Shown: positions 17,217 through 26,032 of the stretch, in pieces
Position numbering within the stretch: position 1 is the stretch's first letter
Layout: every line of letters begins with the position of its first letter
Source: a virus
Taxonomy: Duplodnaviria; Caudoviricetes
DNA: 57,482 nucleotides
Strand: one strand, 5' to 3'
Virus record (IMG/VR): IMGVR_UViG_3300003690_002946
Coordinates: 1-57,482 of that record
Position numbers and translations under genes: made by a program
The notes under the pieces: generated by a model
What the model was told of the DNA's origin: nothing
Database searches by the model: none
What the model saw: the letters and a program-made list of their open reading frames with translations, nothing else

Positions 17217-18410
17217 ATGGGAGAAAACATCGTGGCAAAAATCCTAGTGCTGGTGCCCGGTCATTGGTCCCCACTATTTGATGCCTTGAAGCAGGCAGGC
17301 CATGATGTGCTCTGGCCACGTGAAGAGCATGAGGTGCTCACACCAATCATGGCCCGGTGTGAGCAGGTTACAGAGCAGTTCCACAGGGACTTCATGCTTG
17401 CCTGGGAGACACCAGAGTACATGCTGGGACGGCTTGACCCGCATAAGGCGGTCCTGGCAATGGGCGGTGATCCGGCTCATGCCTTCAACTTGATCCCTGC
17501 TACCATCACACAATCCTATGGAGTGCGGCTGCTGGTGAACGCGCTGGCCAAGGAGCAGCTGATTGATGGAGTGGTTGTGACCTGCACTTATGACCCTCCT
17601 GGTCGAGCTGCGGCAGTGGCAGCCCGCGAGACGAACCTGCCACTGGTGCATATCGAGCACGCCTGCGTGGGCGGTGAGAAAGAGTATTCCTGGTATATGC
17701 GGGAGCTACCTGGCGATGTGATCTGTGTCCCTGGCGAGCGCGATGCAGCTTGGTGGAAGGATACAGGCGCCCAGATTGAGATAACGGGGCACCCGCTCTG
17801 GGATGGCTACACGCAGATAGCGCATACGGGCGCTCGACGGACGCTGTTGTGGTCGGTGCAGAACCCAGGGGGGCCAAATGCGCTCCAGACACCAATGACC
17901 TGGAAGTACCGTGAGCATCCCGACCAGGTCTGGGAAGCCTTCCTGCAATCGGTCCATGCCTGCCAGGACGATATTGACCACTTGATTATCAAGTTCCGCG
18001 CGAGTGAGGAAAAAGAGTTTATCGAACGACGAGCAGCGCGTATCCCTGCACTCAAGGATGTTGAGGTGCTGCTGACGGATGAAGACCCCCAGGATGTCTT
18101 GCCACGGGCCAGTCTCGTGGTGGGGCTGGAAAGCAACCTGCAAGCCGAGGCCATGCACCTGGGTATCCCCTGTGTAACTATCACCCAGCCAGGGCTGCGG
18201 ACCTTTGACATGGGCGACCTGGTCCCGCGCCTGACCGCAGATGAGCACTTGCCGAAGGTACTGGAAGTGGTTATGAAGCAGATGTTGCAGGAGCATCCTC
18301 CTGAACGGCCCAATGCGTGGTCGGCATTAGCCCAGCGGTACAACCGTGCAGCTGAGGATGGAAAGGGAATGGAGCGAACAGTGGAGGTGGTTAGTCGTGT
18401 GGTGGGATAA
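17217..18410 (+). CDS. Putative GT-B transferase, candidate CMP-nonulosonate transferase
   Basis: HIEHA, ICVPGE, ITGHPLWD, S...EAMHLGIP patterns; located inside the pse block. Confidence 0.55.
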   Translation: MGENIVAKILVLVPGHWSPLFDALKQAGHDVLWPREEHEVLTPIMARCEQVTEQFHRDFMLAWETPEYMLGRLDPHKAVLAMGGDPAHAFNLIPATITQSYGVRLLVNALAKEQLIDGVVVTCTYDPPGRAAAVAARETNLPLVHIEHACVGGEKEYSWYMRELPGDVICVPGERDAAWWKDTGAQIEITGHPLWDGYTQIAHTGARRTLLWSVQNPGGPNALQTPMTWKYREHPDQVWEAFLQSVHACQDDIDHLIIKFRASEEKEFIERRAARIPALKDVEVLLTDEDPQDVLPRASLVVGLESNLQAEAMHLGIPCVTITQPGLRTFDMGDLVPRLTADEHLPKVLEVVMKQMLQEHPPERPNAWSALAQRYNRAAEDGKGMERTVEVVSRVVG

Positions 18411-19476
18411 GCAGAAGGCGCCTGTAGCCCTGTTCCGCTGTGAGACGGGTGATGAGTCTGGGTACGGTCATTTTTTTCGGTCATTGGCGCTGGCAGAGGC
18501 ATGGGTTGCACGTGGCGGCGATGCCCACATTTATCCAACTGAGCCAGTGAGTGGTCCGTCTTGGCCAACATTTGACAAGACGGCTGACACGTATATTGAT
18601 CTGGCTACTACACTATATCCACAGTATGGCGCCAAAGAGACTGGCTTTTCTGATGATCTTTTGTTGAGAGAGCTCGTGCGGTTTGATGTAGACTGGTGTG
18701 TACTCGATGGCTATGGGATTGGTCCAGACCTACAGCGAACGGTCAAGCAAACAACGCGCTGCCTGGTGATAGACGATGATGGCTGTCATGGCCAGTATTA
18801 TGCAGATGCGATCCTGAACCCAGGGGTAGCCTCAGATGCGGTTCCCTACCAGCTACATGGCGGCACGAGGCTGTGGCTCGGTTCAACCTATGCGCTGGTG
18901 CGGAAGGCTATCCGAGCACAGCGCCCCATGACCCGTGTCCCTGCCCAGCGGCTACGGACTATCCTCGTTGCAATGGGCGTGGGCACCCATGCACGGGAGG
19001 CCTTGGTGCCCATCATCCAGCAGATTGACCAGGCTCGTCGTGACCAGGATGCGGACTGGACAGTACGGGTAGTGGTGGGGCCAGCTCTTGCCGAGGAAAT
19101 GGAAGGGATTGAGCGGTTTGCTGGGGTGGAGCTGGTCGAGAATGACCCCGATGCGTTCCCAACGTGGCTGGTGGAAAGCGATCTACTGATTAGCGCGGGT
19201 GGGGTTACAGCGGTTGAGGCAGCCTATCTTGGGACGCCAATGCTGTTGTTCCCACAGGCAGCCAACCAGGAGCTGATGGCCCAGGCCTGGACAACCCAGG
19301 GCGCAACGCTGGCAGCCGATGTTGAGGATATCCCTAGCTTGCTGGGCAGGTGGGATGCGCGGGAGTGGTCTGCGTTTGCCCAGGTAGGCCAGGGGCTGAT
19401 TGATGGACAAGGGGCAGACAGGGTTGTGACTGAGATGCGGATAACAATGGGATTGGATGCAGATGACCGTATATGA
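18397..19476 (+). CDS. pseG: UDP-sugar hydrolase PseG/SpsG
   Basis: G.GHFFRSLALA, LDGY, VIDD, ISAGGVT..E, ANQ. Confidence 0.88.
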   Translation: MWWDKQKAPVALFRCETGDESGYGHFFRSLALAEAWVARGGDAHIYPTEPVSGPSWPTFDKTADTYIDLATTLYPQYGAKETGFSDDLLLRELVRFDVDWCVLDGYGIGPDLQRTVKQTTRCLVIDDDGCHGQYYADAILNPGVASDAVPYQLHGGTRLWLGSTYALVRKAIRAQRPMTRVPAQRLRTILVAMGVGTHAREALVPIIQQIDQARRDQDADWTVRVVVGPALAEEMEGIERFAGVELVENDPDAFPTWLVESDLLISAGGVTAVEAAYLGTPMLLFPQAANQELMAQAWTTQGATLAADVEDIPSLLGRWDAREWSAFAQVGQGLIDGQGADRVVTEMRITMGLDADDRI

Positions 19477-20452
19477 TGACGCGACCATAGCGATTACGGG
19501 AGGCTCAGGATCATTCGGCCATGCCTTCACTCGCTATGCCCTAGAACACCTCCCTATCAAGGCACTTCGCATCTTCAGCCGAGACGAGTACAAGCAGGCA
19601 CAGATGCGCCAGGAGTTCTCTGATAGCCGTCTACGTTGGCTGATTGGCGACATTCGAGACTATGACCGGATAGAAGCAGCCCTGAATGGTGTGGACATTG
19701 TGATCCATGCTGCCGCAATGAAGCGGATTGAGGTCTGCGAGGAAGACCCCTTCGAGGCCGTCAAGACCAACGTGCTAGGGACCATGAATGTGGCGCGGGC
19801 TGCCATCCAGAACAAGGTGTGGCGTGGTCTGTTCCTGAGTTCGGACAAAGCATCTGCTGCCTTCAATCTCTATGGTGGGACCAAGTTCGTGGCTGAGAAG
19901 TGCTGGATACAAGCCAATGCCTATGCGGGAGCTGGCCCCACACGGTTCTCCGCTGTGCGCTATGGGAACGTCCTGGGCAGCCGGGGGAGTGTGCTGGATG
20001 TATGGCAGAAGCAGAAGGATGCGGGTGAGGCACTGGCTATCACTGACAAAGCGATGACACGGTTCTGGATTAGTCAAACCCAGGTCGTCGAGTTTGCCCA
20101 GAATGTGCTGGAGCATATGGGCGGTGGCGAGGTCTTTGTCCCGCTGATGCTGAGTGCCAGCATGGGTACCCTAGCCGACGCCTTTTTCCCTGGAGAGAAG
20201 CAGCGGGTGATCCCGCAGCGTCCAGGAGAGAAGCAACACGAGGATATCATCAGTGTCCATGAGGCCCTGGAAACGGTGCTCATATCGGGGGTCACTGACC
20301 AGATTGATGGGATGGTCATTCGCCCACAGGTTCACTCCTGGGTCAAGACGGTTGGTGGCTCCTACATGAACACTGGAACATTAGTGCCAGCGTGGAGCAG
20401 CAGCCGGATGCAGGCAACCGCTGCCCAGCTTCGTGCTCTGATTGACACTTGA
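19457..20452 (+). CDS. pseB: UDP-GlcNAc 4,6-dehydratase (inverting)
   Basis: ITGGSGSFG, FSRDEYKQ, HAAAMK, SSDKA, YGGTK, VRYGNVLGSRGSV, TRFW; short soluble form. Confidence 0.93.
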   Translation: MQMTVYDDATIAITGGSGSFGHAFTRYALEHLPIKALRIFSRDEYKQAQMRQEFSDSRLRWLIGDIRDYDRIEAALNGVDIVIHAAAMKRIEVCEEDPFEAVKTNVLGTMNVARAAIQNKVWRGLFLSSDKASAAFNLYGGTKFVAEKCWIQANAYAGAGPTRFSAVRYGNVLGSRGSVLDVWQKQKDAGEALAITDKAMTRFWISQTQVVEFAQNVLEHMGGGEVFVPLMLSASMGTLADAFFPGEKQRVIPQRPGEKQHEDIISVHEALETVLISGVTDQIDGMVIRPQVHSWVKTVGGSYMNTGTLVPAWSSSRMQATAAQLRALIDT

Positions 20453-20470
20453 TCAACAAAGCGTTACAAT
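20442..20470 (+). promoter_or_regulatory. Near-consensus sigma70 promoter for the packaging/structural operon
   Basis: TTGACA-N17-TACAAT. Confidence 0.75.
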
Positions 20471-20505
20471 GATGTAAGACTGAGCCAGTCCTCGACGAGG
20501 TGACG

Positions 20506-20946
20506 ATGCCGCGATACGTCTATCGCTGTGGCCAATGTCAGCATAGCTCTGAGATAGTTCAGTCCTTCCGCGACCCTGCCCTCAAGGTGTGTCCCGACTG
20601 TCACGCCCCTTCCTTGCACCGTGTCCCACAAGCCGTACCCTTCGTGTTGAAGGGTGGCGCTGCGGCCCGTTTCGTTGGTGGGAAGCAAGTGCTCAATGGA
20701 GAGTACACGGTACGAGATGGTGGTGAGGACGTAACCTATGGCTCGGTTCAGGATGCGGTATATGGTGAGCGTGACCGCTACGACTCATCTACGATGCGAA
20801 AGGGTCTGCACGAAAAGATCATTCGCAAGAATATCGCGCATCTGAGAAAGACGGGCTATATTCCGGGGACACCAGAAGCCGTAGCAATGGATGAGCTTCC
20901 AGTGAAAGGAGCAGGCCTCTATGCGAGTCGTGAAGCGAGTCCGTAA
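20506..20946 (+). CDS. FmdB-family zinc-ribbon protein
   Basis: MPRYVYRCGQC...CPDC..LHR...FVLKG. Confidence 0.85.
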   Translation: MPRYVYRCGQCQHSSEIVQSFRDPALKVCPDCHAPSLHRVPQAVPFVLKGGAAARFVGGKQVLNGEYTVRDGGEDVTYGSVQDAVYGERDRYDSSTMRKGLHEKIIRKNIAHLRKTGYIPGTPEAVAMDELPVKGAGLYASREASP

Positions 20947-21124
20947 CCTGACGAACCTGGGCACGAAGATCAATAGCGCCAGCGGCCGTATCTCTGACTC
21001 CCTGGGCAATCGGTTCCGTGACCGCCAGACCTTCAAGCGTGCGGGGAACGGCCGAGCCAGGGCACAAGCTGAGAAGCGCGAACAAGAGATGTATAAGGGC
21101 ATGATGACGTCCTATCACGATTAG
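20921..21124 (+). CDS. Small basic hypothetical protein
   Basis: AAAGGAG SD; R/K-rich. Confidence 0.55.
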   Translation: MRVVKRVRNLTNLGTKINSASGRISDSLGNRFRDRQTFKRAGNGRARAQAEKREQEMYKGMMTSYHD

Positions 21125-21136
21125 GAGGCTGAACGC

Positions 21137-21325
21137 ATGAAGAAGTCAGGTGTTATCAGTGGTGGGCCACCGCACTTTGGCCGTGGCGAGTTTCGTCAGG
21201 CAGGACGGATGCCGGGCGAGCACGGTGAAGGCAAGAGCGCGGTTGGTGCAAACACGAAGGGCACTGGGATGCGAAAGGAAAAACTCTCGAAGTCGAAGGG
21301 TGTTTCGCGTAGTGTTCGCCCCTAA
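21137..21325 (+). CDS. Small basic Gly/Lys-rich hypothetical protein
   Basis: AGGAGG SD. Confidence 0.6.
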   Translation: MKKSGVISGGPPHFGRGEFRQAGRMPGEHGEGKSAVGANTKGTGMRKEKLSKSKGVSRSVRP

Positions 21326-21338
21326 CGAGTAATCCACG

Positions 21339-22973
21339 ATGATTGTTCCCGCACCGCCACCGTCGGCTCAACCCGGCGTCGAGCTACAAGATGCTGTGCG
21401 GGAACATGCTGACATTGCCGCTGCTCGGTCATCCCTGCTTGAGTTCATCATGCAGACCAAGCAAGGGATGCCATTCGAGGCAGCGCCTCATCACACGCTG
21501 ATCTGCCGAGTGCTTGAAGAAGTCGAGGCGGGCATCCACAAGCGGGTGCTGTTGATGTGCCCTCCCCGGCACGGCAAGAGCGTCATTGCATCCGTCCACT
21601 TTCCAGCCTGGTACCTGGGCCGCCATCCTGAGAGCCTGATCATTGGTTCCTCGTATGGCGATGGTCTTGCGAATACCATGTCACTTGATTGTCAAGCGGT
21701 GTTTCGTAGTGAGAAGTGGCCGTTCCCTGACGTCTCCATCTCCAAACGCTCCCGTGCGGTCAAGAACTGGCAGACCAATCACGGTGGGCGCTATGTCTCG
21801 GTGGGGATGGGGGCAGGGACCACTGGCTTTGGCGGGAATATCATCCTGATTGATGACCCGATCAAGGGCACCCCGGAAACGCTCACGATCCCGCATCTTG
21901 AGAAGGTATGGAACTGGTACACCAATATCATCTACTCCCGTCTCATGCCGGGTGGCGCCATTGTGGTGATCCAGACCCGATGGAACGAGAACGACCTGGC
22001 CGGACGTTTGCTCAAGGAGATGCGGCGCACAGGCGACCCCTGGTTAGTAATCCGCCTCCCCGCATTAGCGGAAGAGGATGATCCAATTGGCCGTAAGCCA
22101 GGAGAACCGCTGTGGCCATCCTGGTATGGGAAGAACCAGCTCGCTGCTATTCAGGCATTGAACCCCATAGGCTGGCTGGGCCTCTACCAACAGACACCAC
22201 CTGAGGAGATGGGTGGCCCGTTCTTCCGCAACTTCCATGCGGTGAAGTATGGGAAAGAGCAAATCACCACGGGACCATTGCCCTGGCATGTATGGCCAAC
22301 GAGCTTTGCCCGCGAACGCTATGACATCGCTGAGGACGAGCCGTTCCCACCGAAGGACTGGCTGCGGTGGGCCTCTATAGATGAAGGGACACGAGCGCCG
22401 TGGTGCTGTCTGTGGTTCACTCGCGCACCCGACCAGCGAGTGTTTATCTACCGGGAACGCTATAGTGCAGGGCTGATGCCTGATCGCCAAGCCCAAATTA
22501 TTCGCAATGACACCCAGCGTGCAGAAGAGAAACTTGCACGTGTTGTGGCTGACCCCTCGATGTTCAACAGCCGTGCAAATGTGGGTGTCTCAGATGCAGA
22601 GGTCTACTTTGCGAATGGCGTCCCCCTGGCCAAGGGCTATAACAAGCGGGAACCTGGCTGGCGACGAGTGCTAGAGGTGATGCAGCCAATGGATGATGGG
22701 TACCCACGGATGGTCATTCTTGAGGGAGCAGCGCCCAACCTGATCCGCACGTTGCCCGTGATGCAGTCTGACCCGCTCAATATCGAGGATGTAGCGCCAG
22801 GGCAAGAGGACCACGCAGTTGACTGCCTGCGCTACGGCATTGTCCCCGTGCAGGCCCTGGTCCGTAGTGTTGGCTACCGTCCCATTGAGTATGCAGACAG
22901 CTTTGATGAAGACTGGAAGCCTGATCCTTCTGCGTTGCGCCAGACCGGATATGTGAGCAAGCGTTATGCCTAA
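21339..22973 (+). CDS. terL: Terminase large subunit
   Basis: PPRHGKS Walker A, ILIDDP Walker B, IQTRW, DHAVDCLRY nuclease motif. Confidence 0.95.
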   Translation: MIVPAPPPSAQPGVELQDAVREHADIAAARSSLLEFIMQTKQGMPFEAAPHHTLICRVLEEVEAGIHKRVLLMCPPRHGKSVIASVHFPAWYLGRHPESLIIGSSYGDGLANTMSLDCQAVFRSEKWPFPDVSISKRSRAVKNWQTNHGGRYVSVGMGAGTTGFGGNIILIDDPIKGTPETLTIPHLEKVWNWYTNIIYSRLMPGGAIVVIQTRWNENDLAGRLLKEMRRTGDPWLVIRLPALAEEDDPIGRKPGEPLWPSWYGKNQLAAIQALNPIGWLGLYQQTPPEEMGGPFFRNFHAVKYGKEQITTGPLPWHVWPTSFARERYDIAEDEPFPPKDWLRWASIDEGTRAPWCCLWFTRAPDQRVFIYRERYSAGLMPDRQAQIIRNDTQRAEEKLARVVADPSMFNSRANVGVSDAEVYFANGVPLAKGYNKREPGWRRVLEVMQPMDDGYPRMVILEGAAPNLIRTLPVMQSDPLNIEDVAPGQEDHAVDCLRYGIVPVQALVRSVGYRPIEYADSFDEDWKPDPSALRQTGYVSKRYA

Positions 22974-25278
22974 GGCGAAAGCACCGAAAGCACCACCAAT
23001 AGAATACGTAGAGGGGCTGAACCAGGAGCGGCGGTCCCTGTATCAGTCCAAGCGTTCCCATCGGGCAACCGACCAGGGGAGCGCCCAGTCTGGTGGCATG
23101 TCCCTGCAAGACTTGATCCAGGAGATACAGCTGCGCCGTCAGTTGCGGGTAGACCCGGTGGTGCCCAAGGAATACCGCAAGACTACCAAGATGGTGCGCG
23201 GTGGGCAGGCGCTCTTTGCCGATGCCTGCCAGCGGATTATCTCTGCGCTCACAGCTAACTCTCTCAAGATCAAGGCTATCCCGCTTGATGAGCACACAGG
23301 CCATGATGCCCAGGCCGTGGCAACCAAGAAAGAGGAATGGACCGTTGCGGTACTCCTGGGGCAGGAAGGGTACCGGGGTCGGCTGGACATAGGTGAGACA
23401 TCGTTGTTCCGTGACTGTGTGGACAACATCGTGAATGCGGGCCGTTGCTCGTTTATGCTTACCACGAAAGAGGAACGCTGGTCAGAAAGTGCTGGGTTCC
23501 CCATTAGCGAGAAGGACTACAGCAACGATGACGACGAGGTGCCAAAGCGCCAGCGCCGGAACAAGGGTGAGAAGCTCCGCGATGCACGCAAGGCACACCG
23601 CCGCGCCTACCTCCCGTTTGTGATGGAGCGGCTCGACCCCCTGTCAGCCCATGTGGTGAAGGATAGTGATGGGGTTGAGGACGAAGCGGTGGTGGTGACG
23701 CAGCGACCCTACCGCAAGACTCTGAGCAATGTTGGCTTGCAGCCCAACGGACAGAACATACAGGGCGATGCGCCGTTTATCCCTGGACCTATGGGCCTCG
23801 GCACGGCATACCCTCCCGATAGCCCTGATGTGGAATGGCCCTCGATTGAGCCAAGCTCGGTTGAGGTGATTACCTACTTTGCCTCAGCCAAACGAGCACA
23901 CCAGATGGGCTGGACTGATGGCAAGAAGGGTGTCTGGGCCTATTATGTAGAAGGCAACATGGTAGATCATGGTCCCCTGGATGGGCCAGCAGACCACCCC
24001 CTGCCCGTCTTTCAGACCATTGGGTTATCCACAGCCATCCTCGACGATGTGGACAGGGCCGTGCCTGTCAGCCTCCACTTTATGGAGCTGGCCGACGAAC
24101 TCGACGAGATTGACACGATGCTGCACCACCTGGCCCGGCAGTTCGCGTTCCCGCTCTTGCTTGAGGAGGATGCGGGCAGTGGTGGGTTTGGCGCCACAGG
24201 CCTCCAGGGAGACATTCTCAATACCCCTGAGAGCGTGCAGCAGAATGATCGGCAGGTACAAGGCAAGTCCCAGCGGATTGTTCCTGGTGGGTTCTACGAG
24301 GTGCCACCTGGCCGTACCTGGCGCTACCTCAGCCCCTCATCAGAGAGCCAGGCGATTATCCGTGACCTGCGAGAGTCCATACGAGAGAAGATGGACCTGG
24401 TGGCTATCCCCTCGGTCTTCCGTGGAGCTGGTGGTCCATCACAGGCTGGCTATGCCATTGCTCAACTGACGATTATGGCGCGGTCCCTGTACGATCCGGT
24501 GATTGACAACTGGACGGCAACGATACGCAAGGCTGTGCAGTATCTGTGGTGGCAAGTCTGGGCCAAGTTCTCTGATGGTATCCCAGCCTACTTCTGGGGC
24601 GATGACCAGCGGGAACAGCCATCGAAGTGGCTTACGCTTACGCCCAAGGACATTGCACCGGATGGTGACGGCAAGGCGGGGAGTGGCACACCCTTCCTTG
24701 CTTGCACCATACAAGGCGACCCCATGCTGCCCATTGACGAGGCCCAGCTCGAACGTCGGGGCATTGATGCGGTAGCGTCCAGGATGGTGGACCGCCAGCA
24801 GGCACAAGAGAAATACTTTAATGATCCCAGCCCGGAGCGCACACAGGCTGCAATTATGGCGGACTCGGTGATGGAAGACCCCCTCACGGTGGCGCTGATT
24901 ACCATCCGTGAGCAGGTGAGAGCGGGCTTGCTTGCCCCGAAGCTGGCACCAATGTTCCTGGCCAGCAAGCTCGGCATTGACCCAGAGATAGCAGCGCAGC
25001 AGATGGCCTTCATTGGGATTGAAGCGGAACAAGAAGAGCCTCCTGGTCCTGAAGGGCAAGGGCTGCCACCACCGGGCGTGCCGGGACCACCTGGTCGGGC
25101 ACAAGCATCACCGGAGTCTGAGGAGTCGAGCATGGCACCGCCTGTGCCAGCTCCACCGCCAACGATGCCTGGCCCTGGCCCAGGCCCTTCTGAAGGGCCT
25201 GGGGCACCAATGAACACTGGAGGGGCCATGCAGCAGCAGCCTACTACCGCATCTCAGGTAGCGATGGCAGGACGATGA
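22966..25278 (+). CDS. Portal protein with Pro/Gly-rich C-terminal tail
   Basis: Follows terL, 770 aa, helical; call mainly by synteny. Confidence 0.7.
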   Translation: MPKAKAPKAPPIEYVEGLNQERRSLYQSKRSHRATDQGSAQSGGMSLQDLIQEIQLRRQLRVDPVVPKEYRKTTKMVRGGQALFADACQRIISALTANSLKIKAIPLDEHTGHDAQAVATKKEEWTVAVLLGQEGYRGRLDIGETSLFRDCVDNIVNAGRCSFMLTTKEERWSESAGFPISEKDYSNDDDEVPKRQRRNKGEKLRDARKAHRRAYLPFVMERLDPLSAHVVKDSDGVEDEAVVVTQRPYRKTLSNVGLQPNGQNIQGDAPFIPGPMGLGTAYPPDSPDVEWPSIEPSSVEVITYFASAKRAHQMGWTDGKKGVWAYYVEGNMVDHGPLDGPADHPLPVFQTIGLSTAILDDVDRAVPVSLHFMELADELDEIDTMLHHLARQFAFPLLLEEDAGSGGFGATGLQGDILNTPESVQQNDRQVQGKSQRIVPGGFYEVPPGRTWRYLSPSSESQAIIRDLRESIREKMDLVAIPSVFRGAGGPSQAGYAIAQLTIMARSLYDPVIDNWTATIRKAVQYLWWQVWAKFSDGIPAYFWGDDQREQPSKWLTLTPKDIAPDGDGKAGSGTPFLACTIQGDPMLPIDEAQLERRGIDAVASRMVDRQQAQEKYFNDPSPERTQAAIMADSVMEDPLTVALITIREQVRAGLLAPKLAPMFLASKLGIDPEIAAQQMAFIGIEAEQEEPPGPEGQGLPPPGVPGPPGRAQASPESEESSMAPPVPAPPPTMPGPGPGPSEGPGAPMNTGGAMQQQPTTASQVAMAGR

Positions 25279-25514
25279 CGGTAAGAATGAGAGCTATCCC
25301 AACAGACTACATTGGCCAGGATGCGCCTCAAAAGAACTGGGGTATGCGGGATGGCAAGCTGATGGGCCGCACAGAGCTTTCCACTGGACGGACAACAGCG
25401 GTTGCAACCCTGCGGGCTGATGGGACGGTACAGGTACGAGTAGAGCGTGGGCCAGAGACGTTGCTAACGTGGCAGTACGATACTAAGGAGAAGGTAGATG
25501 GCAGCACGAGCTGA
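25275..25514 (+). CDS. Hypothetical protein
   Basis: ATGA coupling. Confidence 0.55.
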   Translation: MTVRMRAIPTDYIGQDAPQKNWGMRDGKLMGRTELSTGRTTAVATLRADGTVQVRVERGPETLLTWQYDTKEKVDGSTS

Positions 25515-25737
25515 CTTTGAGGCGGAGCTGGACGAACTGTTCCAGGACGATCCGAGAGGCGCACTCACTGCCCTGGTGGAGGTGTTGCGCCATACCCTGC
25601 CAGTCTTCAATGACCGCGAGGTTCTGGAAACCTACAAGAAGCAACAGGGTGTCAAGGCACAGGCGCCCGTAGACGTCAGCCGTGAGCCGATCAACTATAG
25701 TCCTCGCGTGGCAGGTTACTGGACTACTATAGAGTAG
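25498..25737 (+). CDS. Hypothetical protein
   Basis: AAGGAG SD. Confidence 0.65.
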   Translation: MAARADFEAELDELFQDDPRGALTALVEVLRHTLPVFNDREVLETYKKQQGVKAQAPVDVSREPINYSPRVAGYWTTIE

Positions 25738-25741
25738 GGTA

Positions 25742-26032
25742 ATGCCTAAGAGCCTAAATAGAGCCTTGACATCGCGCACGGGACGGGTGAGCAAGCTGGT
25801 GCAGACCCGCTTGACAAGCATCCGGGATAGGCTGGATCATATCAGTGCTGGCGACCCTCCCTTTGGAGGCAAGATCATCACCCAGCGAGCGTTCAGGGAT
25901 GGTTTGCTGGACACGTCAATCCAGAACGAGATTGCAGCCAAGCTGCCCTATGCCCAGGAACGTGAGATCAAGCGGTTGCAGAAAGATGTGCGTGCTGCCA
26001 TGAATGAGGCAGATGATGATCCTCTCCAATAG
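25742..26032 (+). CDS. Hypothetical protein
   Basis: Operon context. Confidence 0.6.
   Translation: MPKSLNRALTSRTGRVSKLVQTRLTSIRDRLDHISAGDPPFGGKIITQRAFRDGLLDTSIQNEIAAKLPYAQEREIKRLQKDVRAAMNEADDDPLQ

Noticed and set aside
2499-20452. Ordinary host O-antigen or capsule locus flanking a prophage
   Set aside because: Phage-type genes lie on both sides and within it; no wzx/wzy/ABC exporter or att/integrase boundary seen, though a read check is still needed
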